A stretch of DNA of 64,000 nucleotides from Lama glama (Eukaryota), in contig CM052816.1 of the NCBI GenBank assembly GCA_028534125.1, positions 6,574,001 to 6,638,000 of the forward strand, read 5' to 3'. Positions 61,180-64,000 of the stretch are shown piece after piece (positions within the stretch are counted from its first letter, which is position 1; each line of letters opens with the position of its first letter). Made by a program: the position numbers and the translations under genes. The notes below the pieces were generated by a model that worked only from the letters and a program-made list of their open reading frames with translations, did not search any database and had not been told where the DNA came from.

Positions 61180-62823
61180 TGTGTAGTAGGTGAGCTGACT
61201 TCACATTCCAGTGTACTGAGCTGAACAACAGCTCCAAATGAAACCATGTTCAAGAGCCGTAAGACTAAGATGCTGTTTCTGACGTGGTGTCTGACCATCA
61301 GTTGGCCATTTAATTAGCCATGATTGTAATGGCATGCCTGCTGTGCCTGGGATGTGAGAAGGCTCTACTCAGTTCCAGGCTTTACTGATGCTGAAATACG
61401 CAAGTTCTAGCTGTTAGTCTCTCAATTTCTCCCAAGTTGAATGAACCATTCTACTAATAAACGGAGAATTGGTCTCTGACATCATCATTTCCTGACTGAA
61501 CAGTCACCTTCAAAGTGACTCAATGTATTTTTCTCTTAGCTAATTATAAACCAAATTTAATGAATCCAGATTCTTAGTGATGGCTTATGTTGGTAAGCAG
61601 AATTCTCTAGTCATTTGCCAATTTAGCTGAAAAAACCCAGCAAAACAAAATCGCAGAATGAATGAAGATCTAAGAGAATAATTTTTAACATCAACCCCCA
61701 ATGACCACGGCTAAAAAAGTTGCTGGTGGAGGCAGATGGATAGAGAATGAAACAACACTAAAACTGAAGGTAGTAATTTGGTTGCTTGATTAAAACTTTG
61801 GTCTCTTTTTTTATTTTATCCTCATTTTGCCTTTTTTCTATTAAAATTTACATTCAGAAATTATCATTCATTCCTTCATTTAACAAATCTTCATTACCCA
61901 TTAGATCATGCACATTGTGGTATCACCTGGCCTTTAAAGTATACATCTAATAGAAGAAATGATCATTTTTGAAAATCATTACAAAATGGATTGCTTAAAT
62001 CTAATTGTGAAGCACGCTACAAAATCCAAATACAAGTACTATGGGACTATACAAAAAAGATGTTTGACCAAATCAAGGGGCAGTAGTTTTAATTAAGCCT
62101 AGCACTAAAAAACAGAAAAAAAGTGTTAATTGAGGTTTTGTCTATACACATACATCCACATGCATATATATACATATAGGAAACTTATGAAATGAAAATT
62201 CAAATGTCACAAGTCCTAGAGTTAGCTTATATAATAGCTCACACAAAATTAGTAGAATTAAAGGAGAAACTAAAACTAAATTGTTCAGTGTTACTCAGTA
62301 GTGGACCTCATCATCTCCTCATGAATTCCTTTTGATCCCTGAATTTTAGAATAATGCTAGATGAGGCCAGAGAGCGAACATGATTAATAAAATATTGGTA
62401 ATGTAACCCTTCTGCAATGAAATGGTGACTTTTAAGCTCTCTAGTAATTCACAAATTTAGTGAAGTGAAGCAATGACATTCAGACTGTGGTTTGCCAAAT
62501 TAGTTTATCTGGCCCAAAGAGATTGCAGAGATTATTAATCTAAGACCCACGGACAAATTTCAAGAGGTACAAGAATCCCTTGAAATTGTATTGGTAATTC
62601 TTAGTGTGTATTTTTTTTTCTTGTAGAGAAAACTTATAGCTTTGATTAGCTCCTTAATGTAGTCTATGACTTAAATTTTTATAATCACTACAGTGCCCTT
62701 AACAATCTTACATTAAAACACTTTCTTAATGGATGAGTTATAGTTGAATGAAGGCACTGCAGGATAATTAAAAAGCATCATTATTCAAACATAATAGTCT
62801 AGTATCTTTAACAATTAACTGTT

Positions 62824-63022
62824 TAGAGGTGTACTGGTGATGGCTTCAACTGGCATGCAAAAAGTTCATTGTTACATATTTAGGAAGTCTGAGAGGTTGC
62901 TGTCAAATAATTGGTAGCTTGAAATCAGCCACAGTGGGAATATTTACACCATAGGAATTGGCAAACATTGCACATCAGGGCATTTTTTCTCCCCTAGAGA
63001 GTGGCTTATCAGCACACCGCTA
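62824..63022 (+). mobile_element. MER63A-like hAT element
   Basis: TIRs TAGAGGTGTACTG / CAGCACACCGCTA (11 of 13 complementary); internal TTGGTAGCTTGAAATCAGCCACAGTGGGAATATTTACACC. Confidence 0.75.
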
Positions 63023-63757
63023 ACTATCCATATGCTGGTAATCTTCCATCTTGCTGGAATATATGTGATTTGTTTGCAGAATAGATCCCCAATAGCACCG
63101 TTATAATTACAGACCACTTAATGCTGTGGTTAACTTACTGAAAAAATTAGTCAATGGATCAGATTTTGACCCAGAGGTACAAGATAAAATAAGCTAAAGC
63201 ATGCTAATTATGACATGAAAGCCTCATCAGCATCTTAAAATTAATGTAGAGTGGAAGAATTACCCTTGGATGCTGTCCATTAATATTAGGGCAGAAAATA
63301 GCAACAGATCTACTTATCTGCCCTATACATCTGTTTTTAAATATCCCACAGGATTCACTGTAAAAAGATTCAAATTTTCCACATTCTATTTGGCTGGAGA
63401 CCTCATTTTTTTAAACACATGAAAATGTACTATATAAGCACTGTAAGGAAGCTTGAGATTGTACAGGCTTACGCAAGCGAAGGTTCAGTGTTCATCTAAA
63501 CAATCTACTCCCTCCCTTTTTTTTATCCCTTTACATCATTAAATCACACGTGAATTCTACATTAGATATACATTTATGTTAGAGTTCGGAAATATTTTCT
63601 ACATAATGTCAATGCTTGAAAGTTGTAACTAATCTAAACATGGCCTAGAAATTGTTGAATATACCCAAATTATACTATTGACAGTGAAATATACACATTG
63701 TGAAAAATACATACCATGAATTTACTAGGCTAGAATAATTAGACTGAGCTGGTTAAT

Positions 63758-63790
63758 AAATGAATGAATGAATGAATGAATGAATGAATA
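63758..63790. repeat. (GAAT)n tetranucleotide repeat, probably derived from an L2 tail
   Basis: About 7 tandem TGAA units seen directly. Confidence 0.9.
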
Positions 63791-64000
63791 AGACCATTCA
63801 AAAAGAAAAGCATTTCATTCCTTTCAAAAACATAAAATTACTTGTATGTTAAGAAGCCTACATTAATGCACTGAGAAGAACATTATGTTATAAACAGATA
63901 TTTTGACAATGGGTCTTAATCAGGTTTGGGTAAAAGCTTGCTTATTTGAATATTGTATCAATGGAAGGAATATCATAATCTCATGCTTCCCTTAATAAAC

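Noticed and set aside
1..64000. tRNA, rRNA, snRNA genes, CRISPR arrays or prokaryotic-type systems
   Set aside because: None recognised by eye, and the window is clearly mammalian. An Infernal/tRNAscan-SE run would be needed to exclude small structured RNAs.

Overview
Mammalian genomic DNA, probably a camelid: the young LINE-1 3' ends resemble camelid L1s as I recall them, and I saw no Alu, B1/B2 or Bov-A/B elements. The species call is an inference. The window holds one complete protein-coding gene, NMUR2 (neuromedin U receptor 2, class A GPCR), on the + strand. Its four coding exons (47588-48313, 54706-54790, 56529-56654, 59605-59900) splice through GT-AG introns into a 1233-nt, 410-aa CDS, preceded by a GC-box promoter near 47.4 kb. 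I found no gene in the ~47 kb upstream, which is mostly old interspersed repeats (L2, MIR, L1M, CR1/L3, MaLR/ERVL LTRs, hAT and Tigger fossils) plus a few young L1 insertions with target-site duplications. A 500-N assembly gap lies inside a 3.6-kb L1. I found no convincing new biological system. The best leads are an atypical composite L1 (38.5-42.2 kb) with no poly(A) or TSD, a 117-aa ORF in that L1's long inter-ORF spacer, a competing splice donor after NMUR2 exon 3 that would give a receptor lacking NPxxY, a four-layer nested transposon stack, and a short locally templated duplication. Repeat names come from recognition by eye, and repeat boundaries are approximate unless a TSD is quoted.
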